Assembly: GCF_036321535.1 (NCBI RefSeq)
Contig: NC_087437.1
Coordinates: 43,588,001-43,652,000, forward strand
From: Camelus dromedarius
Taxonomy: Eukaryota
DNA: 64,000 nt
Direction: 5' to 3'
In this document: piece by piece, positions 40,325-53,676 of the stretch
Layout of the letters: every line of letters starts with the position of its first letter
Numbering within the stretch: position 1 is the stretch's first letter
Translations under genes and position numbers: made by a program
The notes under the pieces: generated by a model
Database searches by the model: none
Told to the model about the DNA's origin: nothing
Seen by the model: the letters and a program-made list of their open reading frames with translations, nothing else

Positions 40325-43300
40325 CTAGACAACAGAAATAATTTTCTGCCCCTTTGCAGGCTGGCGAAGGTTACTATTCCAATTGCTGCTGAGGATTTTG
40401 TTCACTTAGAGGTGTTTAGAGTTCTTGTCGGAAGGTCCTGGGGTAGGCAGAGAGTGACTGGAGTATTCAGGCATTCGGCCCCACAGACGCGTTGTTGCAC
40501 ATTTTTCCTGGGACAGCTAGAGACGGATGTTTCCTGTGTGGTTGTCTCAGGGCTTTCTTCTGTTGCCCAGGGCACTGCTCTTCTATCATCAGCCATGCCG
40601 TTTCAGCTGCACAAGGCAGATAGAGATCTGATACATCCGGGGTATCCAGATATGTGAAAAGCGGATGAAAGACCAGAGAACACCCTCCCATCACTTTTCC
40701 TCCAGCATCACCAGCCTAGGATGCCATCTCCAGTGAATATAGCCCAGGAGTTGTGGAATGGCTCATGGAGCAAGGTCTTGAAAGAGAAAGATCTTTTATT
40801 AAGTGTATTTCTACAGAATTTCTAGATTTGAATGATAAAGCAGTGGCTATTCTGTTATTATTAGAGACTTAATCCAATCATTATTTTTTAAAAAATTTCC
40901 ATAGCAACACAGACAAAAAACAGATTTCCTGGGTAGGTATTATAATTTGATTCCAACACTATACAACTTCTATTGGAGTCATTATTTTAGAATTATAATG
41001 ATTGTATAGATGTTTTTCTTAAAGCAATAATATTAAGACTTTTAAGGAAAGGAACTCATCCCCAAAATATGTTTTTTCTATGTCTGTTAAATATAAGAGA
41101 CAACAGACTCATAGCTACATAAGTAAAATTAAATCAGATGGTAAACATTAATTAAATACAATTTATTTCTCCAAATCTCCAATTTTTTTTTACAGCAGTA
41201 AGGTTTTTTTTGTTTTGCTTTTTAAAAAATTTATCAAATTAGCATACAATTAGCTCAAGTCTTCAATAACCTCTAACGCCAGAGTAGTTTTGTTCTTTAA
41301 GGACATTGAACCAGAATATAGGTTAACATTCCACAACGCCCTAGACTTATTTCCAGAGGGAGAAATATTCTTTGCATATCAAAAAAGTTTTAACTTAAAA
41401 TTTAATTCAGCAAAAGCATGGATTACTTGTTTTTCCACTGATGTAAAGAAATCTTTATTGAATGTTTCAACTGATCAGTCACTAGGTTAGTTCATAAGAT
41501 AAACTCATCCATGGATGGTAACTGAAATCCTTGTGGTTTCAGTGGAGTATGTCAGATTCTGTTGGTATTTGCTCCACTAAATACAGGGGTTTTTTTCTCA
41601 TAAATAATAAAGTTTGGGGTGAAAGTTCTGAGAAAGCCTATGCTCATGAAGAAGCAAAAAGGTAATCTGATTAGCAGGATTCGTATCTCTGCATGGTAAA
41701 TTATAGAAGATTACGGCATTTCTATGACTAATACCCTAGAAAAGCTTCATAGATGAAGACTTTGGTTGTTAAGGTGGATACTCTTTTATGTCTAAGACAG
41801 CTTAGTATATCTTCTACCACAACTTTTCAACTTTTGAATTTCTAGGCAGGTTAAACATTGAAATGCATATTAACTAAACTTCAAACAGGTCTTTTTTTTT
41901 TTAATCCTTCTGGATTACCAGCCTCCAGATATCATATCTTAGTCTGCAGGGGTTTATTAAAGAAGGATTTAAATGTGATAGCCAGTAATGAGTTGGCAGA
42001 AATGGAATTTATGAGTGAGTCACATGATCATGTGGTCGCAAAGCCTCTACATCCAGAAAGTATGTAATGGTGCTTAACACAAATAGTTAGCAAATTATTG
42101 TGGCACTTTTATTAACTTCAATATGATTCAAAATTTTTAAAAAATTTTATATGTTCAACAAATACCTCAAGTGACATGAAATATTGTCATATTCTCTGTT
42201 CAGAATACAATTAGCCTGAGGTTGAAGCTAAATATTATATCATTACAGTTTTCAAAAAAGAAATGGAGATGTTTAAAATTCCATTGCTATTTTTCAGCTC
42301 TTCTTTTATAGCTAGTCTGTCCAACTCTCCAAATATAACAATAAATACAAATTTTAACTTTAGTTAACATTGAAAAATCAAAGTAACTATTTTTGTTATG
42401 AAACTAACCTTTTAATGCTTATGTTATGGCAGTCATTTCTAAAGATTTCAGCTCTTCAGGAGTTTTATGCTTTCGCAGCCATAGTATCTATCTATGTGCA
42501 GTCCTTTGGTATTTCTTTGTAAGTTGCTTTAACATAGGCATTTGGAAGTTAAGTTTTACAACAGCAAAATAATGAATTAAACCTCCTGAAGATGTAGGTC
42601 CCTCTTTCTAATTTCTATGATTTTGCATTTAAAAAGAAAATACTGAGACGTGACTACACAGTGTATGTATTTTTAATTAAGAAATGCAGTACCACTAACA
42701 TTCTGATTAGAAAATGTGCATGCTTTTAATTTTAATGTTTCCACCATATGTTGTAGAAAAGGACTCTTTTTTGAAGACTATGTGTCAGAGCCCTTACTTT
42801 CATCCTCAGAAGGTTCTTGTGAAGGTTACTGGGTTTCAACACAGTACCTGATACCCAGTGCTCAATAGTCAGTGGCTATGATTATTTTTATTAAATACTT
42901 TAATCAACATAGATGAAGTAAATATAGAAATTGTGTGGTTAATTTGATGAGTTTAAAGCCCAAAAAACAAATGGAACAACTGAGCAAACACTCAATTGTT
43001 GAAGTCCAAATGAGTCTACCAGAACTCTCTAGCTCTGATGACAGTATTTGATTCAAACTAAAGATAAGAACATATGATTTGATTTCAAATCAATAAAATG
43101 CAGTCTGCATTCTCAAAAATAATTGCAGGTCATCTCCTGAGCAGCTACCTCCAAAGGCCTTGAGGGGGCGTTGTTTTCCTTTCCTCGCCTGGTCTCCTCT
43201 GTGCCTGCAGTAAGGGCAGAGAACTCAGACGGTGTGTCTGCTCAGGGCTCACGTCAGCTTTCAGACACCATGGTCAACGAGGCAGGTCCCGGTCATGGAG

Positions 43301-44089
43301 GAAATATCAAGCACCACAGATGCAGGGCCCATCCTTGGCAAAACAATGAATTGTGTTTTAGCTAGAACACCCTCCATCTTTCTGGAGAGAGCCCCTCTTT
43401 CACCTTACACCACTACCCTTGACTCACAGGCTTCCCCTCAAACCTTTCATTTGCACAAGACCTCTCATCACTGCTCTCCACCGAAGCCCCCACTCCCAGA
43501 CAAGGGAGGAGTGCCTGGTGTTCTAGACTCATTCCCTCACTGCTCTTTGTCCAAACTGCTTTGGACACCTGTCAGTGCTCTGTAGAAGTTCCCTCCTGGA
43601 GTTTCCCAGGCCTTCTGCTCAGCTCCTGGTGGGATAATGCATGCTAAGATCTTTGCTGAGAACGGCTTGCCATCTTCACTGGCATTCTGAAGACCTATGG
43701 GGAATGGGGAGAAGAGCATTAGAACCCAGCACCCTATGTCCTTATTCTTGTGAAACTGATAGGCTTCAGAAGGCAGAGATGTGCCCTTATTTACCTAGCG
43801 AGACCTATACAAGGTCTAGGGGGGAAAATGACACTCATTGGCCATGGGCTTCCTAGATTAGCCAGGAGAACCTATGTGTGGTTGGGAGTGTGAAGTATGA
43901 TCTTCTGCATCCTTGCCTCATCCTCCCTTTCCCTGGCCCTGGGCTGCTCTCAGAGTCACAGTGGGAACACTCACGTCAGAGACTCACAGTAGGTGCAACA
44001 ATCCTGCCCAGCGCAGCTGCCAGTTCAGCCTTTTGTGGGAAAAGTGAAAGGATGTTAAAAATTCTTTTTTCTCTTTCCTCTTCTTCCAG

Positions 44090-44149
44090 TACGGAGAGAT
44101 TTGAAAACTGAATGGTGCTTGTGTTTTGAGGGTTTATACCTCTGGAGAA
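44090..44149 (+). other. Candidate 60-nt exon or pseudo-exon
   Basis: Acceptor ttcttttttctctttcctcttcttccag|T and donor GAA|gtaagt. Confidence 0.25.
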
Positions 44150-46319
44150 GTAAGTAGGTCTAAAAAGAGTGAAAAGAACAGGACATGAGAACTGTCTGGG
44201 TGCTCAGGCGAGGAGGTTAGTGGTTAGACTTGTAGGGGCCACAGGAGAATGCTACGTTGCTTTGTTCGGCTCCTCCATGATGAAGAGGGTGAGACTTGGG
44301 AACAAAACATGCCAAGAATGAATAAAGACAGCATACTTGGCCAGTGTCACCTTCTGTTAAACGTCTCCTGGTGTAATGGCCCTGGCCCGGTCCTGCATTG
44401 GATGAGACCCCAACAGGTTCTTAGCCACAGGCACAGGGCTCGGCATGTAGTAGGCGCTTATCTGTCCCATACAGGCACCAGTACAAGGATACAGACGGAA
44501 GGCACGCAGTTCTGTTCTCAGCTCATTTAGAAATAACATGAGTATTTCTTTTTATTAGAAAAAAAAATGGATTCACGTTGTCTTGCCAAGCTAAGTGTAT
44601 AAACAGAATGGATTCTGTTACAGTCCAAATGTCTACAACTCCTATACACAGATGCCACAGGCTATGAGAGATTTCTACTATAAGGATATTTTGTACCCCA
44701 GGATAATTTTCTTACCCCATCCCCAAGTAAGACAGTCAGAAATAACTGTTCCAAACGACATTGGCTTGTACCTTTCATAACTATTAATAACTCTTTGTGT
44801 ATCTTGCTACCTGACCAAACTATAGTCTCTTTTTCTTCTTTGAACCCCTCATGGTGCCAGGCATAGACATTTGCACATTCTAGCCTTCAGTAAAAGTTGA
44901 ATTAATATTCTCGTTAGAGACGTATAAATTAATTTCTCTTAATTCAAATGTATGCAAACCAGAAGTGCTTGCCAAGCTTTAATTGGTAAATAATGCAGGC
45001 ACTGCATGTATTTGCTTTGCTTTCTTTGAATACTGCCTGTATTTTTCAAACCCCCTTGACACATTGTAAAACAAAGCTTTAGCAAAAGGCAAATCAATTT
45101 ATTTTAACAGGGACTTCTTAAGAATGCCTTTTAGGGACATGAACGAATGATATAAAAAGGGCATCGGCTCACCATTATTTCCAGATCATGAAAATATCAT
45201 TCATTTCCAATTATCTGCTTCCCGCATGGCCACTCAAAGGAAAGCAACAGTCTGACTTTGTATTATGATTTCAAACAGAGCATAGTCTGTGGGAGGTGGG
45301 CAGATGTGGTTGAATCCAATCGAGTTGAACTCTGTTTCTCTTAGCAAAGCTGGCACTAACTCTATGAAGCAAAGAGGAGGGTGGAGGTGATCCGGTTTGC
45401 TACCACAGCTTAACAGTGAGTTTGTTCGGACAAGAAGAAAAAATAAATTGTAGGTCCAGGCAGATGATTCAGCATGACTGTAGCTGACATGACGCCCATT
45501 TCAAACACCTAATTTAAATCTGATCTGCATTACTTCAGAGAGCAAAGTATGGGACCAGATATAGTCGAGGCCCTTACTGAAAGGCCCCTAATCCTCTCTG
45601 ATGCTGCTGGCACACGGCTGGCCTTAGGTAGCTTGCATTTAGAAAGCTGGCGGCCAATCCATGTGTTGCCGTCCAAGGCATACCGTTATTACAGAATAAT
45701 ACCATTACCGAGTAAAAGAGAATGATAATTTATCAATCTTGAGAGTCAAGAAAATCAGCACAGTGCCTGGAACCTCAATTCAATCAGCAAAGACCCAAAG
45801 GAAATCAGCAGCCAGCCTAAAAGAACTGAAGACTCATTTTTCTTTCTTTGTGTTAATGAAGGTCTTTAGTATATTTGTGGCAGGGAACAATGTGCATCTT
45901 AGCTTAGCGATATGGGCAGGTAGTAATTCTATGTTTTTAACTGAGGGGCTGCTACGTTTGTTTTGGTGATTTGTTAAAGCCTTCCTCCCTGCTCCCCTGT
46001 GCCTGCACCATTACTCTATTTATTATTGCAATCTTTAGCGTTGAGCATTCTACATACTTCAAATTAGTGTATAGAAGAACATTACAAAGTTTGATGTTAC
46101 TTAATGTTTGTCACCAAAAAAATAGTATTTATCTTGTATTTCCCAGAAGGTGGCTGCAACACACAGGGGTAGACATATTCCTGCAGGTAAGGCTGAGAGA
46201 GGTGGTTAGGGCAGATGAGCTTCGTGTTGACTGGAGCAGGCATATTGTCACCCTGGAGCAGGGTGAGGTTCCCCACACTGGTGCTTCCACTGGCTACTCT
46301 GGTGCCTGTCTACCTTCCT

Positions 46320-46790
46320 GCGCTTCACCTCCTACTCTGCGCACCCAGATCACCATGCCTTACACACCCGGCATCATCTCTCTTTCTAGACCCACCAAGG
46401 TCATTCCCATCTTAGGGACTTTCTGTTTCCTCTTCTTGGAATGCTCTTTCCCCAGATCGTCACACAGCAGGCTCCCCATTAACATTTCCATCTAAGCTCA
46501 TCCATCACTTCCATAAAATTCATGTCATCTAATTTCTCCAGCCCCTTTCTCCCACACTAACACCAGTTTTTATCTGTCACATCTCCTTGTTTGATACTCT
46601 TCACTTCACTCATTGCTATCTGAACTCACATTTCTTTTCTTATTTGTTTGCTATGTATTTCTCTCTTCCCCACCATGAAAGAGCTATGAGACCAAGGGCC
46701 TTGTCTATCTTGCCCACGGTTGTATCTCCAGCACCTTGAGGAGTCCCCAGTACAAGTAGGCATACGATGCACATTTGTTGAATAAATTAA
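46320..46790 (+). mobile_element. L2a-like LINE 3' end
   Basis: 'ttcctcttcttggaatgctctttccccagat', 'gggccttgtctatcttgcccac..tgtatctccagcacct...agtaggcat...atttgttgaataaat'. Confidence 0.85.
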
Positions 46791-47129
46791 TGTGCCCTTC
46801 ACAGAGTCCTGTAGACAGGATTAATGAGGTGACTGATGTTAGCAAAGGTGGTCGGGGGAACATTGCTTAATTTCCCCGATGATTAAATTTTCTGAGGCCC
46901 TGAAATCTCATAGAATTTAGAAGCTGGAAAGAACTTAAGGTCCAAAGAACACAAGATTCTCAGTCTTTTTTTTTTTTTTTTTTTTTTGGCTAATTATTGG
47001 CAAAACTGAGACTAAGTCCAAAGTCTTTGTAGCACCTCTTCCTACCAACACCCACCTTCAGATCTTCAGGCTCTTAACTGTACCACCCTACTAGCTTCAT
47101 TTCAAACAGCATTTTTAAATATGGAGAAG

Positions 47130-47578
47130 TTATTTGTTTCCCATGTGTGCTGCAACAAGTTACCTCAAATGTAGTGGTTTAAAACAACACCAAGCTATTA
47201 TCTTACAATTGTGTATGTCAGAAGCTGACACAGGTCTCTCTGGGCTAAAATTAAAGTGTTAGCAGGATGGCATTCCCTTCTGGAGGCTCAAGTGAGGAGT
47301 CCATTTCCTTGGCTTTTCTGGCTTGTAGAAGCCAACCATGTCCCCTTCCTCTAATTTCCAAGGCAGCAACAGCTGATCAAGTTCTTCCAACACTGCATCA
47401 CTCTGACCTCTTCTGCCTCCCTCGCTACAGTTAAGGACCCTGTGATTACACTGGTCCAGGGTAATGACCTTATTTTAAGGTCAGTGAATTAGCCATCTTA
47501 ATTCCATTTGCATCCTTCTCCTGTGTAGCGTATTCATACATTCTGGGAAACACACCATGAGTATTTGCGGAGGGTATC
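47130..47578 (-). mobile_element. MaLR solo LTR, MLT1D-like
   Basis: 'tagtggtttaaaacaacacc..tattatcttaca', 'gggctaaaattaaagtgttagcagg', 'ttaaggaccctgtgattacactgg', 'aaggtcagtgaattagccatcttaattcca'. Confidence 0.85.
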
Positions 47579-48989
47579 CAACAAGAAGAAATATGAAAAA
47601 AAAATTGATGTCTCCTTCTTTCAAAATAACTGGTTTACATTTTGGAGTTTTGATGCTAATAAAATTCTGCTGAACTAGTTGCCCACATACAGAGTTAATT
47701 TTTCTGTTAAAGTATAATTTTTCAAAAGTTAAAAAAGTCTCATTTAAGTTTAAGATAAACATATGCTAAAGGTTTTATTCATCTTATTGACTAGTAAAGG
47801 AACCATAATTATAAGACTGGCTCAAAGGAGTGTAAGAGGAACAGAGATGCTGAATGCTGAATGATTTTGCTAATGTCGAAACAAGACTGTTTAATGTCCT
47901 GTATGACCATAAAAGTATAACCTTTGGGGTTATGCTTTTCCACCAAAGAGAAATCCACTAGTTAAGATGTAACTTCACAGTGTCTGCACTGTCATCAAAT
48001 ATCTAGGTGCAGTCTCTTGCATAGTTTTTAATTCTTGGTTGTTCCTGTTGAAACAATGGCACTGAAAAGAACTGCAGTCGTTCTGCTTTATTTCTAAATT
48101 TTGCATAATTTTCATAATATTTTAGAATAAAATTCTTAAAGAATTACTGAGTTAAAAGTTATGCATAATTTTAAGGTCACAATTTACTTTTGAAAACTAT
48201 TATGTTTGTAGGTAATGATTCATAGATTTTGTCTCCCTTGGATTTAAGATTAAGGATGAAACACTGGCTTTGTGAAACTATTTCACCATCCCTAATTTAC
48301 AATTATTTGTCTTCAAGGGCTTCTTTTTTTAAAAGGATTAACAAGATGATACATATGAAACACTGATTTGGCACTTTACTAATGAACCATTTAAGACAAT
48401 GTTACTCAAAAGATTTTGACTTATTCCAGGGTATAGGGGATGTTACCCTAATTTTATTAGCTATAGGTTTATGTTTATTAGAATATTTGTGATTTGTTTT
48501 TATCAACACAAACCAGAATCCAGATTATCAGAAGTGAAATTAAGCCATGTCTGTTATATCCTAAGAATTTAAAGATTCCCACTATTTTCATTGCTTCTTC
48601 GAAATTGTTATATTTGCCATGTATTGTTTCTAAATTATGCAGTTATCTACCTGGATTTACAGTAGCTATTCTGAAATGCTTAATAAGTTGCTGTGAAACC
48701 ATCTGATAGAAACAAGACAATTATTAGTGAACTCTTAGTGTTCTTCGCCAACAACAGTGGTCCTTATTAAAAGTGTTAACGAGCACATACTTCTGGGCAC
48801 ATACTGCAGTGTTATCTTTTGAGATAATGCCTATAAATTTAAGAATAGACTCATACTCGCAAGACCTTTTGGCACCCCTTTTGGTTATCAAAGATGACAG
48901 ATTCCAAAATATTCAGGTACTGAGTTTTTAGAAAGTTTTCCGTTGTTTTTTCTATTTTTATTTTTTAAGTGTAGAGTAACCTGGTAAAC

Positions 48990-49347
48990 AGTTAGAATTA
49001 GTCTTAACTATATATAGTATAGAAAACCCAAAATATAGTGGCTCATAAAATGGGTGATCATTTGTTTCTTAAGTAAAAGAAGTTCACAGATGATCAGTAG
49101 GGTACAGCTATGGTTATCAGCAACTCAGGGTTCTATAATCCTAGTCTGAGTTCCTTCTTAAAGGTCATTTTACAATCCAAGATGGCAACTTCTTAGAAAT
49201 TGCACCAAATACTTACACTTAAATGCTATTGTCTAAAACTTACTGGGAAATGTAGTATTTTGGTTGGATGCATTGATGCCCAGAATAAAATCAAGAAAAA
49301 AGAAAAAAAAAACAAATATTCAGTGGCAATGAGTAGTTTCTGCTATG
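48990..49347 (-). mobile_element. Old MaLR LTR, MLT1J-like
   Basis: 'aaaacccaaaatatagtggct', 'ccaagatggca', 'ctgggaaatgtagt', 'gcccagaataaaatc', end 'agtttctgcta'. Confidence 0.55.
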
Positions 49348-50741
49348 TTTAATTATTTAAACCGTTAGAATCTGAGGGAATTGGCAGATAGCTCAAATCA
49401 AAGTCAAGACTTCTGAATTTCAGGCCCAAATATTATTAATTAGTTCTCCCTGGTTAAATCACCTAAACTTTGAACTTATGTCATCATCTGACTTAACAGT
49501 GAATATATCTTGGGTTTCTTCCAGTTCAAAAGTCAGTGATTTTATAATATACTGCCATGTATGTTTTCCTATTTTTAAACATTTTTTCCTTGGCCCAAGA
49601 AATAAATTATAGTTGAATTTAACTATTATCACGCAGGCTTCTGCTATGCTCAAGACATACACTAAGAACTTTGGGGAGAAATATTCAAGCATACAGAGCA
49701 TCACTTGCTGTCCCACTTACAAAAATGTGACATTTCCAGAAGCCTGTGGCTAAGCCTCAAAGCAAAACACCTTTTTAAAATTGTATCTCTTGCCTATGAT
49801 TGAACCAACACACTGAATGCTTTCCTTCATCTGAAACTTTGAGGACTATTTGCATATTAGGAGTATAAATCTTAGCTAATCCAGCAGGAGGGAGAGTATT
49901 TATTTTACACTAAGAAAATTTTGTTTCAGGAGGAGTGAAGATATTTGACTGATGATTGTAATCTTTTATATGCCTTGTAACTGTGATGGATGGCCTTGAG
50001 CTTCAGTGATTCATAATGGCATTTGGAGGCATGGGAAAAAAGCAGCTAATTCAAATGAAGGAGTCAGTAAAACATTAGAGCAAATGTAGGTCACAGAAAA
50101 TCATGGAAATCTAACAGAAGGCCAGTGTGTTGCCAGTGAATATACCAGAAGACAGCAAAAGAAAACTATTTCTACACTCATCACTGGTTCCCCCAAAATG
50201 GTGTTTTTATCTTTTCTACTCCAGCTTCCCAGTGTGACAACCTTCCTTCCTCCATTCCTTTCACTCTTCCAGACCCTGTCCCCCCACAGAACCAAATGAT
50301 TTTATGCTTTCTTCTTAAATAGTCAAATCTCTTTAATATTCAGAGGAGAAAAATGTGACCCAGAAGAGATTCAGGAAAACCCCACGGGGTGAGGTTTTGG
50401 CAGTACAGAGATTAGAAATCCAATTTTACTGGATTTCCAATCCACTTTCAATCGCATTGCTGTGTTCTTTAATAATTCCTGTTAAATTGTGGCCTGTCCA
50501 GGTCTGGGTAGCTGGTTAGTAGCTGAGCTGAGGCCAGAATCTGGACTCCTCCCACTGACTCCCTGTTCCTCCCTCTGTACATCCCATCATCAGCAAACGA
50601 ATTTGCATTCTAAGATTTTTTAAATGGCTTTATGGAACCAGTGAGACAGATAAACAGAGGGACATACAGCTCCCTGGCACAGGTGACAGGGGACTCCCTA
50701 TCATGGGGTTAAGCCGGGTCAGGCTTTCCAGACTGATCATT

Positions 50742-50830
50742 ATTTCATTCATTTTTTCAAATAGTTATTGAATACATGTTACATACCGTGCACTACGCAA
50801 GGTGCTGAAAATTCAAAGGGAAAAAAAATT
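50742..50830 (-). mobile_element. L2 3' terminus
   Basis: 'ttcattcattttttcaaatagttattgaatac...gtgcactacgcaaggtgctg'. Confidence 0.6.
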
Positions 50831-51287
50831 CTCTATCCTTCCATCCTCCAGTTACGTTGACCTTAAACAAATGGGTAAAATGGAAATGCCCTTTCCGGAA
50901 ATGGAGAAGACTCTAAGAAGAGCAAAATCACGGGAGAGTGAGGGTCTACGAAAGCACTTGGTACTTTCGGCTCTCAACCGAGATAACTACCTCCCTTGCC
51001 ATGTCACTCTCTGTAGCAATATTTAGGAGCCAAAGTTCCACAGGAGAGTCTGGATGTCAGGCTGTGATGCTGAGTCAGCTCAGAGAACCTGATACAGGAT
51101 CTGTCATGTACAGTTGATAGATGCCACACATCCCTTTCCATCTCAGAATAGCTTTCTCATTGACCTGTCAGGTGCCCGAGTCACATCGTTAGTAGTGCTG
51201 CTTCTGCTGCGTCGCTGTCTGCTGAAGGCCTTACTGTCATAGACACATGTGAGTTAATCAGAAATAACATTTTAACAGGTTAGTCTC

Positions 51288-52139
51288 TGTACTGGTGTCC
51301 TACGGCTGCCATAATAAAGTACCACAAGCTTGTTGGTCTTTTGATTTTTTGTTTTTTCTGTTTTAAGTACCTTATTTTAATTTTTAAATTTTTAAAATTT
51401 TTATACGATTTTTAAAGATTACTCTCAATTTACAGTTGTTACAACATATTGACTATATTCCTTGTGTTGTTCAATACATCCTTGGGCCTCTCTTACACCC
51501 AATAGTTTTGCCTCCCACTCCCCCATCCTTGCATTGCATCCCTGCACCCTTACCTCCATAACCACTAGTTTGTTTTCTATGTCTGTGAGTCTGCTTCTTT
51601 TCAATTATATTCACTAGTTTGTTGTAGCTTTTTGATTCCACATATAAGTGATATCATACAGTATTTATCTTCCTCTGTCTGACTTATTTCACTTAGCACA
51701 AGTCCATCTATGTTGCTGCAAATGTCAAAATTTTATTCTTCTTTATGGCTGGGTAGTATTCCATTGTGGTTGTTTAAAATAATAAAAAGTGTATTCTCTC
51801 ACAGTTCTGGAGGTTAGAACTCTGAAATCAAGGTGTTGGCGAGGTGTAAATAACTAATATGAGGTCATGCTTTATTAGGGTGGGCCATAAATTCAATATG
51901 TCTGGGGTCCTTATAAGCAGCAGACGCACGAAGAGAAAACACCATGAGATGTCTGCAGCAGAGACTGGAGTTATGCTGCCACGGGCTGAGGAATCCCTAA
52001 GGCTACCAGAAGCTGGAAAAGGCAAGGAAGGACCTCGTGCTCACTAGTGACACTTATTTCCAAATAAGGTCATATTCTGAGGTAATGAAGGTTAGGACTT
52101 CAGCATATCTGTTGGAGAGACACAATTTAAACTGTAACA
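51288..52139 (-). mobile_element. MaLR solo LTR (MLT1B/C-like) interrupted by an L1 and carrying an internal inversion
   Basis: Termini 'tgtactggtgtcctacggctgccataataaagtaccacaa' and 'ttaggacttcagcatatct...gacacaatttaaactgtaaca'; flanks gtctc / gtttc; segment 51845-52045 in the opposite orientation. Confidence 0.85.
51339..51767 (-). mobile_element. L1 3' end nested in the MLT1 LTR
   Basis: T-rich tail, then 'aaccactagtttgttttctatgtctgtgagtctg', 'gattccacatataagtgatatcatacagtattt..tctgacttatttcacttagca', 'tttatggctgggtagtattccattgt'. Confidence 0.9.
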
Positions 52140-53676
52140 GTTTCTATTAACACATAAAGTATTCCTCAGGTTAGTTAGACCTTAACTAGCAGGAAGCAAG
52201 AATCTTGAAAAAATGAAAAGGAAGGCCAAGGAGTTTTTATGAAGTGAAGGGGGAGGGTGAGAGGGCAGGGAAGAAACAGGAAGGAGAACAGAATGAAATC
52301 AGTATGGCAGCCCCAAGGGAGGTGTAATGGCGGGCACTCCTTGGTCAACTAGAAGACCACATAAGCATATCAGGCATTGAAGGGGGCGGGGAGGCACTGA
52401 AAGATTATGCCAGCTAAAGGAGTGAGGGAGTAAGGAAGACAAACTTTACCCACTTCATAAGTTTGCCTGCGCCAGAAGATAAATGAACTTTAGAAGCAGA
52501 GTTTTGCAATTTAAAGTAAATTAAGTCAATGAATAATTTCTTCAGAGGATTGTCTTTGGCCCTCTCACAGCTCTTTTATGGCTTACACCCTTTTTCCTTT
52601 TCCCATGGGAAAAATTAATGCGTTAGACAAGTTGAATCCTTACCACTTAAGTTCCCTTTAAATAATCAAGCACAGTTAAAATGAGAATATTCAAGGTAAT
52701 AGAATCTGCCACCAGAGGAATACAGCTTACCAAGGAAACTATGACTAATGCCATGCTTTGACCACCCCTTACCTTCCTGAGAGTAATAAGGTAAAATTGC
52801 AGTAGGGAGGATTTAAGACAGATAATAAAAATGCTCCCAGTACAGTTTTTTGGGTTTTTTTTTTCCCCAGTATTGCTACATCATCTTTCCTTGAGGGAGA
52901 TTACGGAATAGGAAGGAGATTATCAGAAATGGTTTAAGTACAATGCTGCTTTACTTCAGCCTTATAAATTTTTCTTAGTTTAACCAAAATATTTCCTAGA
53001 ACAAATAGTCTTTTTCTTTGCCTCTCTGCGCAAACAGAGTTGCTTTTTCAATGAACAGTAATTATGCCCTTGAGAATCTCACCTCAGTATTATAACAGTA
53101 TTGCAGCCATGGTCCATGCTGTGGACCTCCTTCAAAATGAGGCATCCTCATCTCTGGAATCCTCTCCTGGATGGGGGCTAATGTGACCCTTCAAAAATAA
53201 GATCACTCTGAAGAGAAGTGCATCAGAAGACTGTAGCTGAGGCATTGCTTTATGAGCCTTGTATCAGACAAGTGACTGACATTTCCCAAGCTTTATTTTC
53301 CCCCATGGACTTCACCTTAATTTTAGTTTCTTGGTTCTTGACATCCTCTAAGTTTCCCACTCTGCGTGGGGATCCAGCTGACAGTAGCCCTTTTCTGTTG
53401 TTTGGAAGCATTTCATCAGCTTCCTAAAGTGGAAGGATTGCCTCTGGACGTTACTGCCATTTACTGAGATTGGGATGATGCTGTAGTTCTGATGGAACAA
53501 TTCTGTTTTATGTTCAGCTGGTGACTCATTCTGACCTAGATCATTTTCTGCCGTATTTGTTCACACTCAGTCTTCCTTCCTTAAAATAAGTATGAAGTAT
53601 CCAACTTTATTTCAGGTAACTTGTCAAGATATCCACAAGATGGTTCCTTGTTTTCTAAAATGTTGGTAAATGCCTT

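Noticed and set aside
45971..46495. Longest ORF in the track (174 aa)
   Set aside because: Non-ATG start, the 3' part lies in an L2 relic, no domain features.
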